64,000 nucleotides of DNA. It comes from Okamejei kenojei (Eukaryota). The notes under the pieces are model-generated. The model made no database searches. It was given only the letters and a program-made list of their open reading frames with translations, and was not told the DNA's origin. How positions within the stretch are numbered: the first letter of the stretch is position 1; each line of letters opens with the position of its first letter. The translations under genes were made by a program, and so were the position numbers. Location: the NCBI GenBank assembly GCA_035221665.1, contig CM069154.1:14074001-14138000 (forward strand), in the 5' to 3' direction. Positions 11,320-24,379 of this stretch are shown in pieces.

Positions 11320-12150
11320 CGATTCCCTCTAATACACACCAGAAGACTGCCAGGACCCTAGCAGAGGCCAGTAGCTTGGGTTCTGACCTCTGCCCAGCAG
11401 GGACCAGCAGTATATACTGGACACCTCCCAGAAAAGACCAGTAGCCTAGGCCAGTAGTTTACCCAGTAGAGACTGCAGCCTAGTCCTTCTCCCAGCAGAC
11501 ACTAGTAGGTGAGGAAAATCCTGTGATGAAACCTGTAGCCCAGCCTAAGCTGTGGTCTCCATCCAGCAGAGACCAGTAGGCTATACACTTGGTACCCCCC
11601 CCCCCCCCCCCCCTTCGGCAGAGACCAGTAGCCGAGCCTTTGGTCCCACGCCACCAGATAAAGCAGCCTGGCTCTTCTCTCAGCAGACACCAGTAGCCAG
11701 GATGCTGGACGACCCCTGATAAGACCCAGAGCCTGGCCCTTTCCCCAGCAGAGACCAGCAGTGTGGCCTTTGGTCTCACCCCAGCAGAGAAAGCAGTCTG
11801 GCCTGGCCCTTCCCTCAGCAGAGAACAGTAGCCAGGCCTTTGGTCCCACCCCAGCAGAGACCAGTAACCAGGCCCTTCCCCCAGCAGAGAACAGTAGCCA
11901 GGATGCTGGGCGACCCCTGATGAGACCTAGGGCCTGGCCCTTCCCCCAGCAGAGACCAGTAGCCCGGCCCTTCCCCCAGTAGCCAGGCCTTTGGTCCCAC
12001 CCCAGCAGAGACCAGTAGCCCAGCCCTCCCCCAGCAGAGAACAGTAGCCAGGATGCTGGGCGACCCCTGATGAGACCTAGGGCCTGGCCCTTCCCCCAGC
12101 AGAGACCAGTAGCCTGGCCCTTCCCCCAGCAGAGACCAGTAGCCGGGATG
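11320..12150. repeat. Minisatellite built on CCCAGCAGAGACCAGTAGCC with higher-order duplications
   Basis: Core repeated many times. A larger block (GGATGCTGGGCGACCCCTGATGAGACCTAGGGCCTGGCCC) is duplicated. Confidence 0.85.
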
Positions 12151-12276
12151 CTGGGCAATTCTTGACGAACCGCAGAGCCTGGTCTCTGGGTGCGGGTGTC
12201 TGTGTTTATGTGCGGGATGGTGATCCCTCCTTCAGCTGTGTGCTTGTGTGTCAACACCTGTCCGTGTGGTTTGCAG

Positions 12277-12658
12277 GGCGAGGCTTCATTGTCGGCTTGC
12301 GAGCAGTGGCGGGCGCTGGTCGGCGAGCGCAGGCCGGTTTGCCGGAGCCTCTTCGGCCGGGTGGACGGGCGGCAGGTGCGGGCCGTGTTCAGGGCCGAGC
12401 TCCGGGGCGGCCTGGAGGCAGCGGCCCGGCGATGGGCCTTCGACTTCGAAGCGGAGCGGCCCTTGAAGGGAGACCTCCAGTGGGAAGCCGTGCCGAGCCA
12501 GGACGTCCCGTCCTTCTACCGTCCCGTGTGGGGATCCCAGCAGAGGCAGTTACTCGAGCCCCCGGGGCCGGGGGAGGTAGCCGGGGAGAGGTCCCCGTCG
12601 CCTGAGCAGAAACCAAACTCGCCGCTCAACCGCAAGAGGAAGCAAGCTCTCATCACAG
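12277..12658 (+). CDS. CDKN1A: CDKN1A (p21 Cip/Kip) coding exon 2
   Basis: TTTGCAG acceptor and AG|GTAGG donor. Encodes the Cy motif CRSLFG, CDK-binding RWAFDF..PL.G.LQWE, and the PIP-box start RKRKQALIT. Synteny with RAB44 favours CDKN1A over CDKN1B/C. Confidence 0.9.
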
Positions 12659-12694
12659 GTAGGACAGGCTCAGCGAACTAACCGCCGCTCATGT

Positions 12695-13200
12695 TTGAGT
12701 GGAATGAGTGGGTTAACATATGATGAGCATTTGACAGCAATGTACTCGCTGGAGTTTAGAAGGATGAAGGGGTGGCAGGGGGACCTCATTGAATCTGAAC
12801 AAATAGTGAAAGGTCTGGGTAGTTTGGATGTGGCGAGGATGTTTCCACTGGAGGGAAAGTTTAGGACCAGACAAATCCGAAATCGAAAGAGACTTGGCAG
12901 TGCTGGTGCAGGATTCCCAAAGAGTTAATTTGCAAGTCGAGTCGGTGGTAAGGAAGGCAAATGCAATGCTAGCATTTATTTTAAGATGGCTAGAATACAA
13001 ACACAGGGATGTCATGTTGAGGGTCTATAAGGCACTATTCAGGTGGCATTTGGAGTAGTGTGAGCAATTCTGGGCCCCATATCTGAGGAAGGAAGTGCTG
13101 GCGTTGGTGAGGGTCCAGAGGAGGTCTACGAGAATGATCCCAGGGATGATTGGGTTAACATATGAAGAGGGTTTGACGGCACTGGGCCTGTACTCGCTGG
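12695..13200 (+). mobile_element. CR1 ORF2 3' fragments
   Basis: Peptides ERDLAVLV..VVRKANAMLAFI, RVQRRSTRMIPG and GLYSL. Confidence 0.75.
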
Positions 13201-14099
13201 ACCATTATTCAAAGTCCAAAGACTGGTCAGCTCGCACGCTTGGTGTACTGGAGCAGTTCCTGCGAACCAACGGCCCTCTCCTCGCCTGGACCTCTTTGTT
13301 TCCCGGGGCGCCACCTGCAATTGACCTTGAAGGTGCTGGAGGCATTGTCCTGGTTCATCCTCGTACTGGCCCACTCCTAGCGCCCGTTATCTCCAGCTAC
13401 CTCCAGGCCCCGATTAGCCATGATGCACCTTTATAGGAATTTGGAGTATTGAGCGCGCTTCTGGTCGCCCAATTACAGGACGAGGGTGGAGGATTTGAGA
13501 GGGTGCAGATTAGAAGAGGTTTATCGGAATGATGCCTAGACCTGCAGGTAGTAACTACCACGAGAAGTAGGACAAACACCGATTATTTTCACGATAGTGC
13601 TGCAAATTGTGGGGAGACCTGATAGAACTATATAAGGTTATGAGCCACAGATGGGGTGAACGGTCAGGAGATTATTTTCCAGAGTTGAAATGGTTAACAT
13701 TTGTGGGATAGTTTGAAGGTGAGCAGGGCATAGTTTAAAGGAGATGGGTGGGGCAAATTATTTTTTGACACAAGGTGGTGGATGTCTGGAACCTGCTGCC
13801 AGGGATGGTGCTGGAGGTAGAATCAACCACATGCAGGCAGAGGAGATGAGTTCAACTTATCATCATGTTTAGCATGGAGATTTTGAGCCGTGGGGCCTGT
13901 TCCTGTGATGTACAATGACTAACCATCTTTCTCTGTTGCTTGAAGGAATCTTGGGGTGGATTTTACAGGTCAGGTCAAAGGCCTATGAAACCTTTGATAA
14001 AACAGATTGATTTCGCACCACCACACTTCCCCGTCTCTCCCAACCAAGTCTTCCCTGGGTTATGGACCCTGCATATACAAACAAGCTATTTCATATCCT

Positions 14100-16330
14100 T
14101 TTCATACCCCCATCCTTGCCGCGTGTTCACCATCCCCCCGGACCTCCCCCTCTCCGACACCGAAAGGTCGGTCCTCAGCAGAGGTCTTACCTTTGTCCCC
14201 CTCCGTCCCCACCTCAATGAGTTCCGCGCCCACCACCACTTGGAGCTCTTCTACCGTCGCCTCCACCTCACAGCGATCTTCCACAGGAAGAAGTCCTCGC
14301 CCCCCCACTGATGATCCCTTTTCCTGTCCCCTCCTCGTGGACCCCCCCTCGTGGCTCTCCGGCTTTAGAACTCTTTATCCAGAACTACTGTCGGGACATC
14401 AACCGCCTCGTCTTCTCCACTCCCTTGTCTCACTCCAATCTCTCCCCTCCCCCCGAACGTACTGCATCGACTCATTCCGTAACAACCCAGACTGGGTTAT
14501 CAAACCCGCCGACAAGGGAGGTGCCGTGGTAGTCTGGCGCGTCGATCTCTACAAAGCGGAGGCCACACGCCAACTCTCAGATACCTCCTCCTACTTACCC
14601 CTGGACCATGACCCCACTGACGAGCACCAGGCCACCATCTCGAGCACCATAACCGACTTCATCAACTCTGGCTCCCTGCACCCCCGAGCCTCCAACCTCA
14701 TCGTTTCCCAGCCCCGCATGGCCCGATTTTACCTTCTCCCCAAAATCCACAAACCTGACTGCCCCGGCAGACCCATTGTCTCTGCCTGATCGTGCCCCAC
14801 CGAACACATTTCCACATACCTTGACGCCATCCTATCCCCCTTTGTTAAATCCCTCCCCACCTTTGTTCAAGACACCTCAGACACTCTCCGTCTTCGCCGC
14901 GCATTCCATTCTCCAGGCCCCACATCCTCTCATCTTCACTATGGACGTCCAGTCACTCTACACCTCCATTACCCACCAGGACGCTCAAAGCCCTCTGGTT
15001 CTTCCTCGACCAGAGGAGCAACCCATACCCGTCCACTGACACCCTCCTCCGCCTAGCGGAGTCCTTACCCTCAACAACTTATCTTTTGGCTCCTCCCATT
15101 TCCTCCAAACACAAGGCGTAGCTATGGGCACACGCATGGGCCCCAGCTACGCTTGCCTCTTTGTTGGGTACGTCGAACAATCCTTGTTCTCGGCGTACCA
15201 GGGCCCCATCCCCGACCTCTACCTCCGTTACATCGACGACTGCTTTGGTGTCACCTCCTGCACCCACACACAACTGACTGACTTCATCCATTTCACCACC
15301 AACTTCCATCTGGCACTCAAATACACCTGGACCATTTCCGACACTTCCCTACCATTCCTTGACCTCACCATCTCTATTGCAGGTGATACACTCCTGACCG
15401 ACATCCACTACAAACCAACTGACTCCCACAGCTACCTGGACTACTCTTCCTCCCACCCTGCTTCCTGTAAGGACTCCATCCCCTATTCCCAATTCCTCCA
15501 TCTACGCTGCATTTGCTCCCAGGATGAGGTGTTCCACACCAGGTCATCACAAATGGCCTCATTCTTCAGAGAACGGGGATTCCCCTCCCCCACTATAGAT
15601 GAAGCTCGCACCAGGGTCTCCTCCATACCCTGCAACACTGCCCTCTCTCCCCATTTCCCCACTCGCAACAAGGGCAGAGTCCCCCTGGTCCTCACCTTTC
15701 ACTCCACCAGCCGGCACATACAACACATAGTCCTTCGCCAGTTTCGCCACCTCCAACGTGACCCCACCACTCGCCACATCTTCCCATCTCCCCCCCTGTC
15801 TGCCTTCTGCAAAGACCGCTCCCTCCGCAACTCCCTTGTCAATTCTTCCCTTCCCTCCCGCTCCACCCCTTCCCCGGGCACTTTCTCTTGCAACCGCAAG
15901 AGATGCTACACTTGTCCCTTTACCTCCCCCCCAGGTCCGACAGAGGTTCACCTGCACCTCCTCCAACCTCATCTACTGCATCCGCTGCTCTAGATGCCAG
16001 CGGATCTATATCGGTGAGACCAAGCGGTGGCTTGGCGATCGTTTCGCCGAACACCTCTGCTCGGTCCGCAATAACCAACCCGACCTCCCGGTGGCTCAGC
16101 ACTTCAACTCCCCCTCCCATTCCGTATCCGACCTCTCTGTCCTGTGTCTCCTCCACAGCCAGAGTGAGCAACACCGCAAATTGGAGGAACAGCACCTCGT
16201 ATTCTGCTTGGGGAGTCTGCATCCTTTGGGCCTGAACATTGAATTTTCTCAATTCTGTTAACCCTTGCTGTCTCCTCCCCTTTCCACCTCTCCCTTAGCC
16301 CTCGGGCTCCTCCTCCTTTTTCCTTTCTCC
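14100..16330 (+). mobile_element. Penelope-like retroelement (RT + GIY-YIG), frameshifted, in CDKN1A intron 2
   Basis: IKPADKGGAVVVW, FYLLPKIHK, MDVQSLYTSI, AMGTRMGPSYA, RYIDD, FLDL, and GIY-YIG motifs NLIYCIRC..YIGET..RFAEH. Confidence 0.92.
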
Positions 16331-16600
16331 TGGGAAACTTGGGGAGAACGTGCAAACTCCACATAATTGCAATCTGCACATCTGTAATGTACCTTTAATG
16401 CAGGGATGTGCAGGGAATGGAGGGACATGGATTATGTGTAGACGGATGAGAGTTGTTCGTGGCGTTATGTTCGGCACAGATTTTGTCGGCTGAAGGATCT
16501 GTTTCTGGGCTGTGCAGTTCTATGTGCTATGTCTCTCTCGACAGTAAAATAATGTTTTATTAACCTGTTCTATCTCGCCCTTTCGTGTTTCCATTGGCAG

Positions 16601-16656
16601 ATTTCTACGCTCTGAAGAGGAGGCTCGGTCCCTTGTGTCCTGAGTCCAAACCTTGA
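16601..16656 (+). CDS. CDKN1A: CDKN1A coding exon 3 (DFYALKRRLGPLCPESKP*)
   Basis: Pyrimidine-rich acceptor ..CCATTGGCAG, phase 1. Completes the PIP degron QALITDFYALKRRL; human is QTSMTDFYHSKRRL. Confidence 0.92.
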
Positions 16657-17627
16657 GGCCGACAGGAAGTGGGGGCAGGGCGGACCGTGGCCTTTCATCC
16701 CCTTCACACCCTTGGGCTTTGTAACAAGATGGCTGCCCTGCAAGGCAATATCTCTTTGCTCTGTTTGCCTGTCCCTATTCACGTGTCTGACGGAATCCCT
16801 GGCTCACAAACGGAAGCACTACGGCCGTTCCCCGACCTCCTGATCCCAGGAACGGCAGAGGTGGACCCGCGGGGCAAGATTCGATTACTGACATGGGCTC
16901 GCTGCGAGAGGCGAGCTGTTCCCAGGTGCCGCCACGGTCTGTTCAGGGATTAGCTGCTGCACTTGTACCCCTCCCAATCCGCTTTCCCCTTCCCCGGTGC
17001 ACACAGTTGTACACACTGCACTTCCACACTGCGCAAAACGAGAGGCATAATGTGTGAATGGGTGGGAGAGAGTGCTGAAGGAGTGAATGTGAGTGAGAGA
17101 GTGAGGGAAAGGGATTTAGCAAAGATGAAATGCAAGTGTAGATCAATGATTGGGAAATGCTATAATTCAGGATCATCCATTTGAACGTTTTGATGAGCTG
17201 AGAGAACCAGACAACCTTGTGGGTTGTACCTGATTAATTCCATTGCACCTTTTGATGGAGGTGATTGTGGACATGTATAGGGGGAAATGTCCACGGACGA
17301 TAATCCTGTGTCTAATCCATAGGCGTTGGCTACTGTTCCTCATGAGAGGCTATCTATGTCATGAGGATGGTGAGGTTGTAGGCAAGTTATTGAGCTCCGT
17401 CCTTGGAGAACAGGGATGAAGAGCAGACCAGGAATCTTTGATGAACGTTGTGTGCTGTAGGATAAACAGCCATGTGTCTAAATCAACCAGTGATCAATGG
17501 TGCAGATGCATTCTCCAAATTAAAGAGACATATCAAAACTCAAAGTGCTGGAGAAACTCAGTGAGTCAGGCAGCATCTAGAAAAAATAGACGGGTGATGT
17601 TTCGGATTATATCCCTTCTTCTGACCC

Positions 17628-17920
17628 AGGGTGGCACAGTGGCGCAGCTGGTAGAGCAGCTGCCTCACAGCTCCAGAGATCTGGATTTGATACTAACCTG
17701 GGGTGCTGTCTTCGTGGAGTTAGCATTTTCTCCCTTTGACTGCATGGGGTTCCTCCAAGAACTCCGGTTTTCTCCCATCCCCAAAAACCTGTGAGTTTGT
17801 AGGTTAATTGGCCTCTGTAAATTGCCCCTTATGTGTAGGGAATGGATTAGAAAGTGGGATAACATAGAACAAGTGTAAAAGGGTGATCGATGGTCGGTGA
17901 GGACTCAGTGGGCCGCAGGC
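17628..17920 (+). mobile_element. HE1-like tRNA-derived SINE
   Basis: Head GGTGGCACAGTGGCGCAGCTGGTAGAGC (A box), central GTAGGTTAATTGGC and CR1-like tail. Confidence 0.7.
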
Positions 17921-18179
17921 AGAAACAAACGCAAGAAGCAGTTTTTTTCACCAATGATAGACACAGTGCTGGAGTAACTCAGCGGGTCACGACGCGTATC
18001 TGGACCAGAAAGATGGGTGACATTTTGATTACTCCAGCACTTGTGTTTTGCTCAAGATGATGAATGCAGACCCAAAAAGAATAGATTTTCTAAATAGCAA
18101 AAAGATAAATATAAGGGCAGTTAAAAGTGACTTGAAGGAATCCATTAGGTGTTGTTGGGCAGTCGATTAGAGGGTTATC

Positions 18180-19995
18180 ATATAACCATATAACAATTAA
18201 AGCACGGAAATAGGCCCCCTCGGCCCTTCCAGTCCGTGCCGACCATTTGTTTTCCCCTAGTCCCATCTACCTGCACTCAGACCATACCCCTCCATTCCCT
18301 TCCCGTCCATATACCTATCCACTTTACTTTTAAATGTTAAAATCGATCCTGCCTCCACCACTTCTGCTGGAAGCTCATTCCACACAGCCACCACCCTTTG
18401 AGTAAAGAAGTTCCCCCTCACGTTACCCCTAAACTTCCGTCCCTTAATTCGCATGTCATGCCCTCTTGTTTGAATCTTCCCTACTCTTAATGGGAAAAGC
18501 TTATCCACGTCAACTCTGTCCATCCCTTTCATCATTTTAAAGACCTCAATCAAGTCCCCCCTTAACCTTCTGCGCTCCAAAGAATAAAGACCTAACTTGT
18601 TCAACCTTTCTCTGTAACATAGTTGCTGGAACCCAGGTAACATTCTAGTAAATCTCCTCTGTACTCTCTCTATTTTGTTGACATCCTTCCTATAATCAGG
18701 CAACCAAAATTGTACACCATACTCCAGAATTGGTCTTACCAATGCCTTGTACAATTTTAACATTACTTCCCTACTCCTATATTCAATGCTCTGATTTATA
18801 AAGGCCAGCACACCAAAGGCTTTCTTTACCATCCTATCTACATGCGATTCCACTTTCAGGGAACTATGCACAGTTATTCCTAGATCTCTCTGTTCCACAG
18901 CGTTCCTCAATTCCCTACCATTTACCATGTACGCCCTATTTTGATTTGTCCTGCCAAGATGTAGCACTTCACACTTATCAGCATTAAACGCCATCTGCCA
19001 TCTTTTCCAAATGGCCCAAATCTCTCTGTAGACTTTGAAAATCTACTTCATTATCCACAACACCACCTATCTTAGTATCATCTGCATACTTACTTATCCA
19101 ATTTTCCACCCCATCATCCAGATCATTGATGTACATGACAAACAACAGCGGACCCAACACAGATCCCTGAGGCACCCCACTGGTCACCGGCTTCCAACCT
19201 GACAAACAACCATCTACCATTACTCTCTGACATCTCCCATTCAGCCACTGTTGAATCCATCTTGCTACTCTGCCAATAACACCCAAACATTGAACCTTCT
19301 TAACCAACCTTCCATGGGGAACCTTGACAAAGGCCTTACTGAAATCCATATAGACAACGCCCACTGCTTTACCCTCATCAATTTCCCTAGTAACCGCTTC
19401 AAAAAATTCAAGAAGGTTTGTCAAACATGACCTTCCAGGCACAAATCCATGTTGACTGTTCCTGATCAGACCCTGTTTATCCAGATGTTTATATATATAT
19501 TATCTCTAAGTATCCTTTCCATTAATTTGCCCACCATTGACGTCAAACTAACAGGTCTATAATTGCTAGGTTTATTCTTTGAACCCTTTTTAAACAATGG
19601 AACAACATGCGCAGTACGCCAATCCTCCGGCACTATTCCCGTTTCTAATGACGTTTGAAATATTTCTGTCATAGCTCCTGCTATTTCAACACTAACTTCC
19701 CTCAATGCCCTAGGGAATATCCTGTCAGGACCTGGAGACTTATCCACTTTTATATTTTTCAAAAGTGTCAGTACTTCCTCCTCTTTGAATCTCGTAGTTT
19801 CCATAGCTACTCTACATTTTTCCCTTACCTCACAGAGTTCAATATCCTTCTCCTTGGTGAATACCGAAGAAAATAAATTGTTCAATATCTCCCCCATCTC
19901 TTTTGGCTCTGCAGATAGCTGTCCATTCTGGCTCTCTAATGGTCCAATTTTATCCCTCATTATTCTTTTGCTATTAATATAGCTGTAGAAACCTT
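18180..19995 (-). mobile_element. 5'-truncated CR1 LINE (ORF2 RT C-terminal part)
   Basis: [34 protein letters not shown] and YADDTK. Tail (CCATATAA)n. Confidence 0.92.
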
Positions 19996-20202
19996 TATAA
20001 CATGAAGGCCAGGGATCGTGATGTACGCTGAAGCTATACAAAGCCCTGGTTAGATCGATCAGTACAGTCAGTTGTTCTGTGAAGTCATGCTTGGAAGAAT
20101 ATACTGGATTTGGAGGGGATTTCCCGGAATTATATCCAGTCCCCTCGAATTAAATTAGGAGAGAATTTAGATTAAGAGGTGATTTGATTACAATTTCAAA
20201 GA

Positions 20203-20622
20203 CAGTTCCACCACTGATTTTCTAGCATTTTTGGCTTCAGAGCCTTTTTGAATTATCCATATTACTGGACCAACAGAGGTCACAGCCTATGAGAGGAGTC
20301 CAACGGTACCGGTACGGTCCGCCGAGGAGCCGAGATATTGGCCTGCAAAATCAGCCTTGGAAGTTGGCTATGGGAACGGATCTTCCGGAGCCGGCCCGGG
20401 CTGGAGTTCCTGAGCCCTGGCCACAAGGGGCAAATTTAACCCGCTGAAGCCTGATGAGGTCGAGATTGGCTGACTCACACAACCTAGGTGCCATGTCTTT
20501 TGGTGAGCTACTACGCTTGTGGGCGTTGGGGGAGGTGGGGATTTTAAGAGCCCTCTCGTAATTTTGTCCGGATTAAAGGAAGTGCCGGACCACCAGTTGC
20601 CAGAAAATCGGTGGTGGACATG
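20203..20622. mobile_element. Non-autonomous DNA transposon, possibly Tc1/pogo-type
   Basis: Imperfect TIRs CAGTTCCACCACTGATTTTCTAGCA and TGCCAGAAAATCGGTGGTGGACATG, followed by TA. Interrupts a CR1 remnant. Confidence 0.45.
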
Positions 20623-21929
20623 TAGTATGTGGAATAGATGATGGTTGCAAACTATTTACTCTTCTTGGGGATTCTAACACCACAAAGCTTTGACACATTA
20701 AACGGCTGAATAGAGCTTTATTTATGGGGAGAAGTCAGGAGAATGGGGTTAGGAGGAATAGATCAGCCATGATTGAATGGCAGACTAGATGGGCCGAATG
20801 GCCTAATTCTGTTCTTATCACTTATGATCTCACATACAGACTGTGCCTGAAGAAGGATCCCGACCTGAAACGTCACTTGTACACGTTTTCCAGGGATGCT
20901 GCCTGACTTGCTGAGTTACTACAGCACTCTGTCTTTTTTTTTTAAGTCCACATGAAAAGACTGGTTAAAAAACCCGGAACTCCTGTGTTCTTGCTGGTCG
21001 ATGCTTAGTCACACAGTAAGTTTAAAACTGACGGCTAAGATTGAATTTGTTTATCAAAGGTGGGGAATGCAGGGCAGACTGATTGATGCCGCACAAACAA
21101 CCATGATCTCACAGAACGATGGAACAGGTTTGAAGGGCTGAGTGGCCCCACTCCCCACTCCTGTGTTGCAGTGAATATGGGATGGAGTGACCGATGGGAT
21201 AAGAGAGAGAGTGTGTGTATGTGGGAGTGTGGCTGAGAATGAGTGTGACTGAATGCGAGCGAGACCCTGTGAAATGAGAGTGAAATTGCTGCTGACGTTG
21301 AGATTAAAAATATAAATCCTTTTATTAGAAGTGTAATTAGCATAGGATTTTTTTTCTATTTATTCCACATACAATAGATTCAACATATTTATTAGAATAG
21401 CATATTAGAAATTTAAATATTTTAAATGGTTTAAAACTTGCACAATTTAAATTGATCTTTCTGGCTGTGGACGATGCTGCTTCTTTGAAATTTGCAACCA
21501 TGGATAAGGTTGATCATTCAGGTTGGATGTTGACATGGAGACACTGGAATTGACTGGTTTCTGGACGCAGATACTCGCTCAACACTGCAGAAGTATCTAG
21601 ATGAGCACTTGAATTGCCAAGGCGTAGAAGACTATGGGCCGAGCGCTGTCAAATAGGAATAGATTGGCACTTGATGGCCAGCATTGCATTGGTGGGCCAA
21701 AAGGCCTTTTTCTATGCTGCATGGCTGCATATCTCTGTGTAAGCTATAAATATTATTGTATGTATGTTATTAAAATTGGACCATCTTTCAATTTGAATAT
21801 CTTTGTGAGTTTCTGGCCGGTTGGTTCGTGGATTGTCCATCTTCATTTGAAGGGAGAACATCGACAGACTTGGATTGTTTACCCTGGAACGTTGCAGGTT
21901 GAGGAGAGACCGACCTGTTAGTTTGATTC

Positions 21930-23215
21930 AATGTAGTTCAGAGATACAGGGCGGAAACAGGCCCTTCTGCCCATCGAGTCTGCGCCAACCAGCGATCCCA
22001 GTACACTAATACTACCCTACAGTCACTAGGGGCAATCTACAATTATACCTATAAACCTGCACGTCTTTGGAGTATAGGAGGAAACCCACGGGGAGAACGT
22101 ACAAACTCTGCACAGACAGTATCCATCGTCAGGACAGACTTGGATTGTTTACCCTAGAACATTGGAGGTTGGGGGGAGACCTAATAGTTTAGTTTAGTTT
22201 AGAGTTACAGTGCTGAAACAGGTTTTTCGGCCCACCGAGTCTGCACTGACCAGTGATCACCCGTACACTGGCACTTTTTTAAAAACAATTTACCGAAGCC
22301 AATTAACCTACAAACCAGTAGGTCTTTAGAGTGTGGGAGGAAACCGTATCACCCGACATAACCCAAGCGGTCACGGGGAAAACGCACAAACTCCACACAG
22401 ACAGCACCTGTAGTCAGGATCGAACCTGGGTCTCTGGTGCTGTAAGGCAGCATCTCCAACACTGTTGCACTGTGCTGCAAAAAGAGAGAGGTGCATAAAA
22501 CTATGGGGCATTGTTAGGGTAGGCAGTCAGGACCTTGTTCCCAAAATGGAAATATCCGATAATAGAAGGCCTGGATTTAACGTGAAAGGGGCAAAATTTA
22601 AAGGACAACTGCAGTTTTATCTGGTAAAGCAAATGACTGAGTCCTTTGGGGTGAAACGATCTCAATCTATTCTCAAGCTGTAAATGGGGTTTAAAGTGAA
22701 TGGGTCAAATTTAAAAAGATATCTAGGGGGCACGTTTTTTACAGAGGGTGGTGAATGCCTGGAATCTTCTGCTGGGGTTGGTGGTGCAGGTAGATACGAT
22801 AGTAGCATTTTCGGGGCTTTTGGATAGGCATATACTGTATAGAGGGATATGGATTATGTGCAGGCATATAAGGGTTGGTACTGGTATCATGTTCAGCACG
22901 GACATCGTGGGCCGAAGGGCTTGTAATTTGTGCATCCGTTCTTGCGCTTCACAAGATACAGTGTGGAAACAGGTCCTTCAGCCCATCGAGTCCCTGCCGA
23001 TGCACAATCACCTATACACTTGTGCTATCTTGCACACAAGGGGCAATTTACAGAACCCAATTAACTTACAGGTCTTTGGAATGTGAGAGGAAGCCTGGGA
23101 AAACCCCACGCAGTCACAGGGAGTACGTACAAACTGTTCAGATAGTGCCCGTAGTGAGGATGGAACCTAGGTCTCTGGCGCTATAAGGCAGCAGCTCTAC
23201 CACTGTGCTGCCCTT
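21930..23215 (-). mobile_element. Cluster of three HE1-like SINEs with interspersed CR1 3' fragments
   Basis: Repeated GAAACAGGCCCTT..ACCTACAAACC..GGATCGAACC blocks near 21935, 22190 and 22955. Confidence 0.65.
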
Positions 23216-24379
23216 GTGCTGTTCTATATTCTATACACCATATGGTACAGCATAGGAACAGGCCCCTTTGCCCCGCAATGTCTGTGCCAAACATAATGCC
23301 AAGCTAAACTCATCTGCCTGCATGTGATCCATGGTGGGGTGGGGTGGTGGGGGTAGGATGGACAATATCCACCATTGTTTGGCAGATGAAGGAGTCAATG
23401 AATGCAACCAGCGGGAACTGTTATCAGGCAATGGTGAATGGATGAATGAAATGGCTTGCAGAAAGAGAGTAGGCATAGGTTTGCTGGGCTGAATGGCCTC
23501 TGTATTGTCCAAGTTTAGGCGGCACAGTGGGGCACAGTGCTATTGGCCCTCTCACACCTGCCCTTGGGTGCTGTACATGTGGAGTCTGCACATTTACCCT
23601 GTGACCGTGTGGGTTTCCTCCAAGTGCTCTGGTTTTCTCTCAGGTTCGCTGGACGATCTGGGCGGAGGCGATAGCTGGAGGCCCTGCAGCAGCCTGGGGC
23701 TCGCCTGGATCAGGCACCGCTCCAGAAGGCCGAGCGTGCAGTCCGGGCTGGACTTCACAGATGGCGCCAAAACCTGGCGTCTCTTGCATGCAGTCTCAGT
23801 GGACTATTTCTATGCTCTTTGTACAATCGAGGATGGTGCTTAGGGTATGGCAATACTCTACTGAACTGTATGCAAAGAAAGAAGTTCACTGTAGGTCTGT
23901 ACACATGATAATAAAGAACCATTGAACATCCCAAAGACATGTGGGTTGGTAGTTTAGAAGGTAGACAAAAATGCTGGAAAAACTCAGCGGGTGAGGCAGC
24001 ATCTATGGAGCAAAGGAAATGGGCAACGTTTCGGGTCGAAACCCTTCTTCAGACTCAAATAGGCAACGTTTCAGGTCGAAACCCTTCTTGGTAGGTTAAT
24101 TGGTCTCTGGAAGTTAGTTGCCTTACATGGCAAGCAAGGAGGACCAAGTGCCGGTTAAGTGAATAATCTGACAGCAGTGACTACACGACAAAGAAACCTC
24201 ATTTGCTCCAAAGCTCACTGGGATGATAAAGGGGACTTTACCAATTCATTTTGTTCCTTCACCACTACTCTGTCACCCTGTGGGTCATTTAATGAACTGT
24301 GCTGCCCCCTACTGCCTCAATAGATAATGACCCTGAAGTGTCTGTCCCATTATAATAATTCTGCTTGTATTAATGGATA

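Noticed and set aside
11502-12257. 251-aa repetitive ORF (ATGLCWGKG repeats)
   Set aside because: Translation of a minisatellite.
12190-12276. ORF-track N-terminus of the p21 ORF (GTG start)
   Set aside because: Lies upstream of a good acceptor at 12276; the ATG at 7177 is a better start.
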